The notes under the pieces are model-generated. The model saw only the letters and a list, made by a program, of their open reading frames with translations, made no database searches and was not told the origin of the DNA. 64,000 nucleotides of DNA from Candidatus Freyarchaeum deiterrae. GTDB taxonomy: Archaea; Asgardarchaeota; Jordiarchaeia; Jordiarchaeales; Jordiarchaeaceae. The stretch is from the NCBI GenBank assembly GCA_037305845.1, contig CP147778.1, forward strand, positions 960,001 through 1,024,000. Reading direction: 5' to 3'. The position numbers and the translations under genes are program-made. Shown here piece after piece: positions 49,542 through 58,974 of this stretch. How positions within the stretch are numbered: position 1 is the first letter of the stretch; each line of letters opens with the position of its first letter.

Positions 49542-50615
49542 ATGGATATTCAAACTATTCTGTATATTATTTGGCTTGCTACTTCTTTTGGGTTTTGCGC
49601 ATTTTGCATTTTCCAGAGGAATATGATGATATACTCCGAGCTTCGAAGAATAAGAAGACGTGTTAAAGCGGTTTCTAAAATGATTAAGGAAACCAGAACT
49701 ATGTTGACGTCGTTGTTTGATGATAAGTTGACTGAGGAGAAGAGGTTTGAGGGTTATGATAAGGTTATGGATTACTTTGTAATTGCACCTATTGAAACTG
49801 ATCCATCAGGTGTGATGAACCGCCTTGAATATCTTCTTGATACTGGTGACGAGACTCTGGAAAAATTAGTTCAGCCTTTATCTCCTGATGGGGATTTGGA
49901 AAGAATGGAGAATCTTAAGCAGATGTTTAAGGAGGCAATAATTCTTAATAGAATTTACAAAATGTTGAGGGAATTGTATATCTCCAGTAAAAAGTCCCGA
50001 AGCCTTGAAACAGTGATGCAATCAACAATGAATCTTTCAACGTTTATTCGAGATGCAAAGATTCGTTTTAAAGCTGTAAAGGCTTATGTAGACCCTCAAC
50101 CTATTGGTAATGGTATCGCCCCCTTGGTAGCGTCGAAACTTATAGAGGATTCACCTTTCGAGGTTGAAGATGGGGTGGTTATTTCTGAGAGGAAGTATAA
50201 GGATAGGGATCTTGTAATAATTAAGCCTAAAGGTCCTGGAGCCCGGATGAGAAAATTGGGTAGAGTAGCCGAAACCAAAATAAGGAAGGAGAAAGAGATA
50301 GCGGGGGTAGCGGTTGTTACTGCGCAGGTTAAACTTGAGGGAGAGAAAACGGCTATTATTGTACCCGCAACTGGTGTTTCTTTCATCTCAGAACCGGATA
50401 AGTTCAGACTTGAAGAACTAGCGTCAGAGAGAAAAATTCCTTTAATATCAATTATTGTGAAAATGTCTGAAGAAGAGTATTACACAAAGATGAGCGATGA
50501 AATCCGCGATGCAGCGCCTAAAGTAATCGAAAAGTTTGAGGATGAAATAGAGCAATGGGGCAAAGGAAAAGTAATCGTAATTGGTTCAGGGAACACGATG
50601 TCCATAGAGCCGTAA
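49542..50615 (+). CDS. DUF1512-family membrane-anchored protein
   Basis: N-terminal TM; YFVIAP...DPSG...RLEYLL, QPIGNGIAPLVA, KLEGEKT, IGSGNT; the ORF track starts at 49521. Confidence 0.8.
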   Translation: MDIQTILYIIWLATSFGFCAFCIFQRNMMIYSELRRIRRRVKAVSKMIKETRTMLTSLFDDKLTEEKRFEGYDKVMDYFVIAPIETDPSGVMNRLEYLLDTGDETLEKLVQPLSPDGDLERMENLKQMFKEAIILNRIYKMLRELYISSKKSRSLETVMQSTMNLSTFIRDAKIRFKAVKAYVDPQPIGNGIAPLVASKLIEDSPFEVEDGVVISERKYKDRDLVIIKPKGPGARMRKLGRVAETKIRKEKEIAGVAVVTAQVKLEGEKTAIIVPATGVSFISEPDKFRLEELASERKIPLISIIVKMSEEEYYTKMSDEIRDAAPKVIEKFEDEIEQWGKGKVIVIGSGNTMSIEP

Positions 50616-50662
50616 CTCCAATCAAATGAGGGAATCAGAAGAGAGGTATTCCAGTTTAGAAG

Positions 50663-51283
50663 TTATTCTATTACCGCGTGTCTTTCTTTAAGAGTCTTCT
50701 CGTCAGTCCCTGTTTTTTCCATTAGTTCAGTTATCAAACCATCTAGAAATGCTAACACCGTAGATTCAAACAGTGTGCCTAAAGGAGTCAGCGGGAAGTG
50801 CTCTCCTTTGATTTGACGCTGTATGTAATCATTTTGTTCTGTTATCTTTGTTCTGCCCCTAATCTCTACCACAAGGTCAGCTAACTCGGCTAGAGGTGAA
50901 TCAGGGTAAGATGTAATAACAACCAGAGTTGCGTCCACATCTTGTTTGGCGATGCGGGAACTCTCAACTACGAGCTTTGTTCTTCCAGAACCGCTAATTG
51001 CTATTAGTATATCCTTTTTTGTAACGGCAGGAGTTATGGTTTCTCCTACGACGAAAACCTCAAATCCGAGGTGCATAAGCCGCATAGCGAACGCTCTAAC
51101 CACCAGCCCAGAGCGGCCGGCCCCCACAACGAAGATTCTCTTGTTAGATTTTAATCCGTTAATTAAGAGTTCAACTAGTTGGTCTACCTCATTATCATCT
51201 ATTATTTCAACAGTATTCTGTATATTTCCACTGATCTCCAACATCGCTTGTTTTAAGGTTCTATGCTTTTCCAAAGCGCACAC
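50663..51283 (-). CDS. hxlB: 6-phospho-3-hexuloisomerase
   Basis: GAGRSGLV..AFAMRLMHLG, VVGETITP, SGSGRT, PLGTLFE, RHAVIE. Confidence 0.95.
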   Translation of the reverse strand: MCALEKHRTLKQAMLEISGNIQNTVEIIDDNEVDQLVELLINGLKSNKRIFVVGAGRSGLVVRAFAMRLMHLGFEVFVVGETITPAVTKKDILIAISGSGRTKLVVESSRIAKQDVDATLVVITSYPDSPLAELADLVVEIRGRTKITEQNDYIQRQIKGEHFPLTPLGTLFESTVLAFLDGLITELMEKTGTDEKTLKERHAVIE

Positions 51284-51650
51284 CTGATTCTTAATACTTG
51301 CTCAATTTTCTCATTTAAGGTGACCACATATTTATACCCTACGTTCTAGCTTCATGCTTATATACTAAATGTTTTCTCTTTAAAATAAACATGAAAGTGT
51401 ATAGATTAAGTTGTTAAACAGTAAATTTAACTTTTTGCTAGACCAATTTTTTAATGAATAACCAAGAGAATGTAACCAGCCTCAAAACACGTCCAGAACT
51501 CGTCGCTCCGCGAGTACATTCACCAGGAATTCAGAGATTAATGGAGCCTCTTGTGGATAGCGAGGTTTAGTTGACCGAAATTTATATTATGTTTTTATAA
51601 TTGTTGTTTTCTGATTGTTTCGTTTCATTGTGTTGCAGGAGGTAAACTGT

Positions 51651-52127
51651 TTGACGGTTAAAAGGCAGAAAAGCAGGTTTTTCGAAGCGGATATTTGGTG
51701 GCAACATCAACTAAATTTTAAAGCTGAACTAGACGGTTTGCATAAGGCGGAGATAGATGAACTGGAGCCTAATGGAACAGATCTGGCTCCGAATCCCGCT
51801 GATTATTTGCTTCTCGCTGTAGGTGGTTGTCTTGCATCATCATTTATGTTTTCAGTAAGCAAATTCGATTTGAATCTGAAAAGGATGCACGCTAAAGTGA
51901 GAGGGAAGTATACGAGAGTTAATGAGCGTATAAGAGTTGAGAGGGTGGATGTAGTTTTGGAGGTTGACCCAGCAACGGAAAAAGACCTTCAAGAAATCAA
52001 AGAATGGTGTATGGGGGTATTTCGTAATTTTTGTGTTGTATCAGAATCGATAAGAAAAGGTTTACCGATAGGTGTAACTTTAAAAATGGGTAACAGTGAA
52101 TTTGAAATTCCCCCACCAGAGGAATAA
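51651..52127 (+). CDS. OsmC/Ohr-family protein
   Basis: DE...G...PNP..YLL.AVGGCL...FCVVSESI; TTG start with GGAGG SD. Confidence 0.88.
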   Translation: MTVKRQKSRFFEADIWWQHQLNFKAELDGLHKAEIDELEPNGTDLAPNPADYLLLAVGGCLASSFMFSVSKFDLNLKRMHAKVRGKYTRVNERIRVERVDVVLEVDPATEKDLQEIKEWCMGVFRNFCVVSESIRKGLPIGVTLKMGNSEFEIPPPEE

Positions 52128-52172
52128 AATTACAGTTATTGATTGTGAATTATCTCGAGTTTTGAACCTAAA

Positions 52173-52550
52173 TTAATTGCCTTTTATTTCCATTATTATT
52201 TCTCTGTAAAGCTTCTTCAATTTTTTACACTTGTTTTTTATTTCCTTTTTCGTGACAGTATGACTCTCTGGGCATTCTTTATCGGTGATACAACTTTTCG
52301 CATCGAAGTTCAGTATGATAGGATAAAAAACACATCCTTCTGGACGCGAGGGGTACACTATGCACTCATTTTTGAAAAAAAAGCACTTGCCTTCTATGTT
52401 TCTGAGTTGATGAAATCCCTCTGGAGTGGTTACCATAAATTCTTTGCGGTCGTATCCCAAAGCCTCAATCCTAGCAATATCCTTTGAGGACAGAAGCATT
52501 TCGGTGTTTTGACAACATAAACCGCATCGACTGCACTTCAATTTTACCAC
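52173..52550 (-). CDS. YkgJ-family (CxxCxxCC) protein
   Basis: CSRCGLCC, CFF, CIVYPSRPEGCVFYP. Confidence 0.9.
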   Translation of the reverse strand: MVKLKCSRCGLCCQNTEMLLSSKDIARIEALGYDRKEFMVTTPEGFHQLRNIEGKCFFFKNECIVYPSRPEGCVFYPIILNFDAKSCITDKECPESHTVTKKEIKNKCKKLKKLYREIIMEIKGN

Positions 52551-52651
52551 TTCATTCCTCTAAAAGAAGATAGACATAAAATAAATAGTTACAATTTTTT
52601 TAAAAATTCAGAGGTGTTGTTGAAAGTGTTTTTGGTAATTATTTTTCATTT

Positions 52652-53623
52652 TTAAATTCGACCGTATTTCTTGACTAGCCATCTGACATATTTTCTTATC
52701 GCTTCGTCTATTCGTATTGTGGGTTTCCATCCCTGGTTTTTGAGTTTGGATATGTCAAGTAACATGAGGGATACATCGCCGGTCCATCCCTGCTCACCAC
52801 CGGTATAAGTAAGTTCAACATCTTGAAGTTTTAACTCGTTTATCACTAGTTTTGAAATGTAGTTTACGGTTACCCACTCCTCAGACCCTATATTGAAAAT
52901 ATTGAATCCTTTCTCGGATTTCTCCGAGACATACAGTGAAGCGTTTATACAGTCTGAGACATCCATGTAGGATTTTCTCTGGTTTCCGTCACCTAGTATT
53001 TGAAGGCTTTTATGCTCCTTCTTGAGTTTTTGGTAAAAGTCGAAAATTACTCCATGTAAACTCCTAGCTCCTATTATGTTCGCGTATCGTAGGACCACTC
53101 CGCAAAGCCCATAACACGCACAGTAGGCAGAAATATAGGCCTCTGAAGAAGCCTTTGAAGCTCCATACGGACTTATAGGCTGGGAGGGATAGGTTTCAGG
53201 AGTGGGGAGTGTCTCAGCTAATCCGTAGAGGGTTCCACCGCTGGAGGCTAAAACTATGTTTGAAATATCTTTTTTTCGCATAGCTTCTAGTACATTGACC
53301 ATTCCATTAACGTTGACATCAAAATCATACATAGGATCTGAAACGCTTCTCCGAATATCATACTGAGCTGCGAAGTGGAAAACCACGCTTATATCTTCAA
53401 GGCAGCTTTCAACGGTTTCAAAATCTCTAACGTCTCCTTTAACGAATTCAATTTGGCCTTTATCCAAATAATCTTGGATATACTCTGTGGTCGAGTTTGA
53501 AAGATCATCTAGAATTGTTACTTTGCAGCCCTTTTCGACCAAGTTGTCAACTAGATGGCTTCCTATAAAGCCCGTTCCACCAGTTACTAAAGCTTTTTCA
53601 CCCTTTATTTTCAAAAACTTCAT
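52652..53623 (-). CDS. NAD-dependent sugar epimerase/dehydratase (GalE-like)
   Basis: VTGGTGFIGSHL, PYGASK (YxxxK), RYANIIG, GDGNQRKSY. Confidence 0.93.
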   Translation of the reverse strand: MKFLKIKGEKALVTGGTGFIGSHLVDNLVEKGCKVTILDDLSNSTTEYIQDYLDKGQIEFVKGDVRDFETVESCLEDISVVFHFAAQYDIRRSVSDPMYDFDVNVNGMVNVLEAMRKKDISNIVLASSGGTLYGLAETLPTPETYPSQPISPYGASKASSEAYISAYCACYGLCGVVLRYANIIGARSLHGVIFDFYQKLKKEHKSLQILGDGNQRKSYMDVSDCINASLYVSEKSEKGFNIFNIGSEEWVTVNYISKLVINELKLQDVELTYTGGEQGWTGDVSLMLLDISKLKNQGWKPTIRIDEAIRKYVRWLVKKYGRI

Positions 53624-54027
53624 CTCACAAACTCTGTAACTTGGTAATGGAGTATTGTTCTATTTTTGAGGAGAATAATTAAAAAACCTTCCCTTCCAAT
53701 TTCAAATGATAAAAAATAGGCCAAAAATGGAGAACTAATCGAGCATTTTACGCGTCTTCATAGTCGATGTTATTTTACAATATTGAGAGAAATAAGGGGA
53801 AAAAGTGAAGGTTTAATGGACTAATTTACACAAAAATCGTAATTATTATATAGAAATATTTTAAAGTATTAGAAGAGGAGTTATTACTAGATAATATGAA
53901 AATTTTTCGGAATATTTAATATTAATGGGGAAAGCTCCGAAAAATTCACTCAACCAAAATGAATTTACTAAAAAATTTGTAAAAAAAATCTTGAAAAGAA
54001 ATTGGTAAATTTCTGAAGGTGATATGA

Positions 54028-54564
54028 TTGGGTCTTTTGGATTATAAAAGCTATATAATCGATCGAAAGATGTCTCTAATATTGGACAACTTTTCTATCA
54101 TGAACGATTCAAACGAAGAGATAGGAGCAGTTGAAAGTAAATTAATCTCACTTAATGGAGAATTCAAAATCTTGGACAAAGCAGGGAAAGTTGTAGGAAA
54201 AATTAAAGGAAAGCTTTCGCTAAGACCAGCCTTTAACATTTATGATGAAAAAAACAGCCTTATAGCAATAGCAAAGAGAAAGATAGTTGACTCAGGAGGA
54301 AGCGAATACTGGGTTGAAAATCAGGAAGGACAAAAAATTCTTGAAGCAACACCAGACTTCTCCGGGCAAGAATATCAAATAAAAAACCCTGAAGGAGAAT
54401 TAATTGCTGATATTTCCGAAAAAATATCCAACCTCAATGATGCATACATAATAAATATACACAACCATATTGACCCACTAATTATACTTGCCCTCACAAT
54501 TTCCATCGACTGCTATGAAAACAAGAAAAACCAATTAGAACTAATTACTGGCTTTGAAGATTAA
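54028..54564 (+). CDS. LURP-one/scramblase (Tubby C-like) protein
   Basis: Repeated F.I.D..G..(I/V)G.I units; C-terminal DAY.I...DPLIILALTISID. Confidence 0.85.
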   Translation: MGLLDYKSYIIDRKMSLILDNFSIMNDSNEEIGAVESKLISLNGEFKILDKAGKVVGKIKGKLSLRPAFNIYDEKNSLIAIAKRKIVDSGGSEYWVENQEGQKILEATPDFSGQEYQIKNPEGELIADISEKISNLNDAYIINIHNHIDPLIILALTISIDCYENKKNQLELITGFED

Positions 54565-55141
54565 ATAAAGTAACCGAGAAAGCCAAAAAGGCAATAATTA
54601 CCCAAAAAAACAAAAAAACTATTTTTCAACCTTCAAAAAATTAACGACCCAAAAATGTAAGGGTGGGAATCACCAGCATCGAAAAATTGAAGGATTGAAG
54701 GGAATTACACGGGGACCCGCACTGGCGCCCGCATAATTCCCTTTCTCCCTCCTCATGGGGTAGATCGCATGGATAAGCTTTATTTTATTATTGAGTTTGT
54801 TGGAGGGAAGTTCCCATTTTTTAGTATAAGATAATCTTGATTAAAAGTATTTTTTTGTTTCTATTAATTTATTATATTGTTATTTTTCTTATTTATATCT
54901 TTCGATTAGTTAATTTGAGTTATATTATCACAGATTTTGGTTTATTAATGAAAAAGCCGAAGCTTAATTTATTTTATTTTTGCAAAAGAAATCTTTCGTT
55001 TTTCAATAAATTTGATTGACAAGTGTATATTTTTAGGATAAATGAATCAGAGAGATTATGCTTATTGTAATGTGTTCAAGTACTTTTGAAAAGAAAGTTA
55101 ATAAAAAAATGAATTTTTGAATGTTTATTCAGTTAGTTGGA

Positions 55142-56362
55142 TTAGAAATTCTTTTTGATAAGTTCTAAGGCCTTTTCTCCATCCTTTGATTTCACTAGAA
55201 TCTTGATGCTGCTGGCGGTTGGGAGGAAACTGTACACATTGATTCCGTTTTCTGTTAGCGGTTCAGTTAGTTTGGAGATTATTCCCGGGGTTTTCACGTA
55301 ATCCTGCCCCTTTACAAAAATCAGGCTTAGGTTATCATAGCAGGTAACTGATTTCCCTATGCCTCTCTTTCTTATTACTTCGTGAACCACATTGAAGGGA
55401 TTAAGTTGTGCATTATCGATGACTAGCAGCATAATACACCACGTTTCAAGAGTAGCACCTACAACCTCAACTTTCTTTTTGTAAATGTCTTCAAAAAACG
55501 TGGATAAAATCCTGGGTTCTGTTACGTTATCACCGATTATGGTAATTAATTGAACTGGTTTTCCCAGTATAGAAATCTCCATACTTGGAATACTTTTGCC
55601 AGTGATTACTGTTCCGTCCTCTGTAATTTTTCCTTTATCCATACCCACTATATGGATCGCCGAATCATCAGATTTATACTGGAGTGCTTTTGACTGAATC
55701 ACCTTAGCTCCTGAAGTTGATAAAATTTGGGTTTCCATGGTATCCAATGCTTTGATTGTATTCGAGCTCTCGACTTTCTTAGGATCTCCCGACTTTACGC
55801 CGGAAACATCCTTCACGAGTACTACTGAATTGGTGTCCAGACATTTCCCAAGCAGTATTGCTGTTAAATCACTACCTCCTCGACCTAATGTTGTAATTCT
55901 CCCGTTTTGATTTTTTCCCAAGAATCCACAGATTACAGGAACCTGTTTTTTCTCTAATAGAGGGACTAGAAAATTTTTTACATGCTGCTTCGTGAGTTCT
56001 AGGTCAGGGTTTGCGTTTCCATAATTGTCATCCGTGAATATAGGCCATAATTCACTTTCGGGATCTATCAGTACTGCGTCAACTCCCAATGATTTTAGTG
56101 CCATACACATTAGCCTTGCGCTAGTTCTTTCGCCCATTGACAGTAGGCTGTCCAGATCGCTTGATGAATTTGAGCTGTTATCCACTAGTTCGGCCATTTT
56201 GATTAGTTCATCTGTTTGACCCTTTAGGGCAGATACCACAACCACTATTCTCTTTTCGTTGTTATGTTCGTTTTTTATCAGCTGTGCGACTTTTTTAACA
56301 TTAGAGACGCCGTCTAGTACGGAGCCACCGAATTTGTATACTACTGTTTCAGGTTTGTTCAT
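55142..56362 (-). CDS. lysC: Aspartate kinase
   Basis: KFGGS, VVVVSA, GERTSA, TTLGRGGSDLTA, KDVSGV..GDP, two ACT domains. Confidence 0.93.
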   Translation of the reverse strand: MNKPETVVYKFGGSVLDGVSNVKKVAQLIKNEHNNEKRIVVVVSALKGQTDELIKMAELVDNSSNSSSDLDSLLSMGERTSARLMCMALKSLGVDAVLIDPESELWPIFTDDNYGNANPDLELTKQHVKNFLVPLLEKKQVPVICGFLGKNQNGRITTLGRGGSDLTAILLGKCLDTNSVVLVKDVSGVKSGDPKKVESSNTIKALDTMETQILSTSGAKVIQSKALQYKSDDSAIHIVGMDKGKITEDGTVITGKSIPSMEISILGKPVQLITIIGDNVTEPRILSTFFEDIYKKKVEVVGATLETWCIMLLVIDNAQLNPFNVVHEVIRKRGIGKSVTCYDNLSLIFVKGQDYVKTPGIISKLTEPLTENGINVYSFLPTASSIKILVKSKDGEKALELIKKNF

Positions 56363-56708
56363 GGTTAACCACTCCGAAGGAAATTTATTTCTGTAAAAAG
56401 AGTTTCTAAATAGAGGACGGATTTTTCAAAAGAAGCAGTCAGTAAGTATTTTACTTTTCTTTGCGCTTTATCCGGTTTTTTAAGCTGGGAAAAAATAATC
56501 CATCCGCATCTTTTTTATCACCGCTTCTCTCCGTTAAGAGAGTATAATTAAAAAGGTTTTCGTTTTTAATGAGGGTAGTTATATTTTCTTTAAATATATG
56601 ATATTCGGGTATTTTGTGTGTATTACACACTTTTTTTATTCTTTTTTCACATATTCTCCAGTAGAAATTGACCAGTACTACTTAGATAAGTGTTTAATTA
56701 AAGGAGAT

Positions 56709-57464
56709 ATGGGAATGTCAAAAAGTGGCAGCGAAGGATTGAAAAAAAACGGCGAATTTGTAAAAATGCGCGGCGTAGGCATCCCAATAAGACTCTACAA
56801 GCTCCAAAACGCAAAACTTGATGGAGACGAGGTTGTCAAACTCATGAGAAAACACCTCTGGGGAGAAGGAACTGAAGAAGGCTTCATTAAACCCCGGAAG
56901 AACAACGGCGAAGTTCAAGCAGAATACGTTGTGACTTACCCCTACCATTACTATAGGTTGGATGAGCGGGGAAGGATAGTTCCCGTTTCGGTTATGGCAC
57001 AAGACAAGGGAGAAATCCACGTGCGCTACGACACCGGAGTTATAGAGCTCAGAGGCAGTTATCACGCGACAAAACGAAGCATGGAGAAAACTGTTGAAAT
57101 AACAGGAGTCAAAGCAGAGCCAATGACTATAAGTGATGATGCAATGGACAAGTTGATGACAAAGGCGAATGAAGTGACAACAATCACAATTTCGAACCTT
57201 GATAACCCTTACCTAAATTCCCTAGAGATTAGGGGAGAGGCGGTCAAGCGTGCCCCTGAGATTCTAATATTTAGGAAAAGACAACGTGGAAAAATCCAAA
57301 CCCTTCGAGGAACCTATTCTTTGCCATCAGGACAAATGCTAACCTGTTTCTTCAATTCGAAGGGATCATTCATAATTTATAGAAAAGGGGAAGGAATATA
57401 CGCAAATGACCTTGAATACCTAGTCGGTTATCTAGAAAAACTGGCTTCACCCGAGATGCAGTAA
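56709..57464 (+). CDS. Hypothetical protein
   Basis: About 250 aa with an AAGGAG SD before ATG 56709/56715; the 56598 extension looks non-coding. Confidence 0.7.
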   Translation: MGMSKSGSEGLKKNGEFVKMRGVGIPIRLYKLQNAKLDGDEVVKLMRKHLWGEGTEEGFIKPRKNNGEVQAEYVVTYPYHYYRLDERGRIVPVSVMAQDKGEIHVRYDTGVIELRGSYHATKRSMEKTVEITGVKAEPMTISDDAMDKLMTKANEVTTITISNLDNPYLNSLEIRGEAVKRAPEILIFRKRQRGKIQTLRGTYSLPSGQMLTCFFNSKGSFIIYRKGEGIYANDLEYLVGYLEKLASPEMQ

Positions 57465-57617
57465 AACTTCCTCTTTCCACCCTACCCGGCGGCCCCCGCT
57501 CGACCTCTCTCCTATTTTTTACAATTTAAGAAGTTTTAACCTAGTGGCAGATATCGGAAAATAATTTTTCTTGAGCTATTCGTTATTCTATGCACGATGG
57601 GTTGAAATTGAGTCGAA

Positions 57618-58211
57618 TTATTTAATATGAGTGTTTATTTTTTCTATTATTTCTTGGGCCGTTTTATTTACTTCTCGGTTATTCTGGACACGGATGACAT
57701 TTGGGTTGAATTTATCGAAAACTTTTTCGTACCCCTCAATCACTTTTTCGATATAGTTTCTGTCTATTTCATTCCATTCCACGGGATGCTTCTCTTCCCT
57801 GTTTCTTATTTGTTTTATTAATTGCTCAGGGCTTTCTTCAAGATAGAAAACCGTTGTTTCTTCCCATTTCACAGCTTTGTAGAGGTTTTCGATAGTTTGA
57901 TAGTCTTCACTGGTACATAATGCGTAGGTGTAGCTGAGTAGACATAAAGGACTACGATCACAGAAAACAATCCCTTCCGTTCGACTTCTTATTTCCTCAT
58001 TTCTTCTGATCATTTGCTCCAGGAACCATAGTTCTGCTCGTAAGGCAATTTGTTTATCTTTGGATCCAAAAGGGTATCGAGGAGTGTTTATGTTATCTGG
58101 AAAAAAGGTCCAGTTTCTGCATTTCTTTTTGAGTATCTCATAAATGGTGGTTTTTCCGGATCCGTGTACGCCTGATAGTGCGAAAACGTATTTCATTGGG
58201 GAGAGCCTCAT
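57618..58211 (-). CDS. P-loop deoxynucleoside/thymidylate kinase family protein
   Basis: GVHGSGKTT, CDRSPL, lid IRNR. Confidence 0.8.
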   Translation of the reverse strand: MRLSPMKYVFALSGVHGSGKTTIYEILKKKCRNWTFFPDNINTPRYPFGSKDKQIALRAELWFLEQMIRRNEEIRSRTEGIVFCDRSPLCLLSYTYALCTSEDYQTIENLYKAVKWEETTVFYLEESPEQLIKQIRNREEKHPVEWNEIDRNYIEKVIEGYEKVFDKFNPNVIRVQNNREVNKTAQEIIEKINTHIK

Positions 58212-58383
58212 TTTAACTTCTCTCGGGCTAATAAAAACTTCCCGTTTATATGCATGAGTAAGACGAGAGTATACCAGTTAAGGTTTAGCAGTTTAGATTA
58301 AAATTATTTTTTAGGATATTCTTGTAATATTTAATTTTTAGCTTGCGGAATTATTCTTTTCTTTCAATTTGTTGAATGTTTGG

Positions 58384-58905
58384 TTAATCCTCATTAAACA
58401 TTGTGGGTAGGCTTTTTTCGATTAATTTTGACAGATGTAAAATCTCAAACAATGCATCTATCTTATCTGCAATCCAAACTGTGAAAGCCTCTCTGCTTTT
58501 GGGCACCCCGCCTATGGGGGACATGTGAGTTCTTATTACTTCCACAACTCTAGGGTTTTCTCCAATTTTCCGCGCTAAAGCTGCTCCTTTTTTCGCGTGT
58601 CCAAAAGTTTGGCTTAATGGTTTATGGATTTCCCGGTAATCATAACCTATATCGTGTAGAATACCCGCTCGGGCGCAAACTCGGGCATCTCCACCCAAAA
58701 GGGTGCAGAGGCGAAAGCTGAGGTAACCAACTCTAATGCAGTGGTCACGCCTTCTATTTTTCTTCTGTTTAGTTTTTGAGAATCTATGAGACGGATACTT
58801 TTCCAACATTCTCAGATACTCAGAATTCTGTAAATCTTCTACAATTTTTTCAAAAAGCATAAACGTATCCTTCTCGCATTTCTTGCAATCTAATTTAAAA
58901 GACAT
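58384..58905 (-). CDS. HD/HDIG-domain phosphohydrolase
   Basis: DHCIRV, AGILHDIG, H..GA, IRTHM, IADK. Confidence 0.85.
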   Translation of the reverse strand: MSFKLDCKKCEKDTFMLFEKIVEDLQNSEYLRMLEKYPSHRFSKTKQKKNRRRDHCIRVGYLSFRLCTLLGGDARVCARAGILHDIGYDYREIHKPLSQTFGHAKKGAALARKIGENPRVVEVIRTHMSPIGGVPKSREAFTVWIADKIDALFEILHLSKLIEKSLPTMFNED

Positions 58906-58974
58906 TATTATAGTCCCATATAATTAATCGGGTTAGGATATATTTTTCCACTCAATTTCAAGAAAAAGGAGGGT

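Noticed and set aside
51651-52127. Selenoprotein readthrough in OsmC or other redox genes
   Set aside because: The catalytic positions are Cys codons and no in-frame TGA interruption was seen
54747-54775. HDV-like ribozyme core (CCC TCCTCAT GGG)
   Set aside because: No matching P1 and P2 strands and no J1/4 GG
57466-57520. G-quadruplex or sRNA after the 57464 stop
   Set aside because: Only three G3 runs on the minus strand; adequately explained as a pyrimidine-rich terminator region
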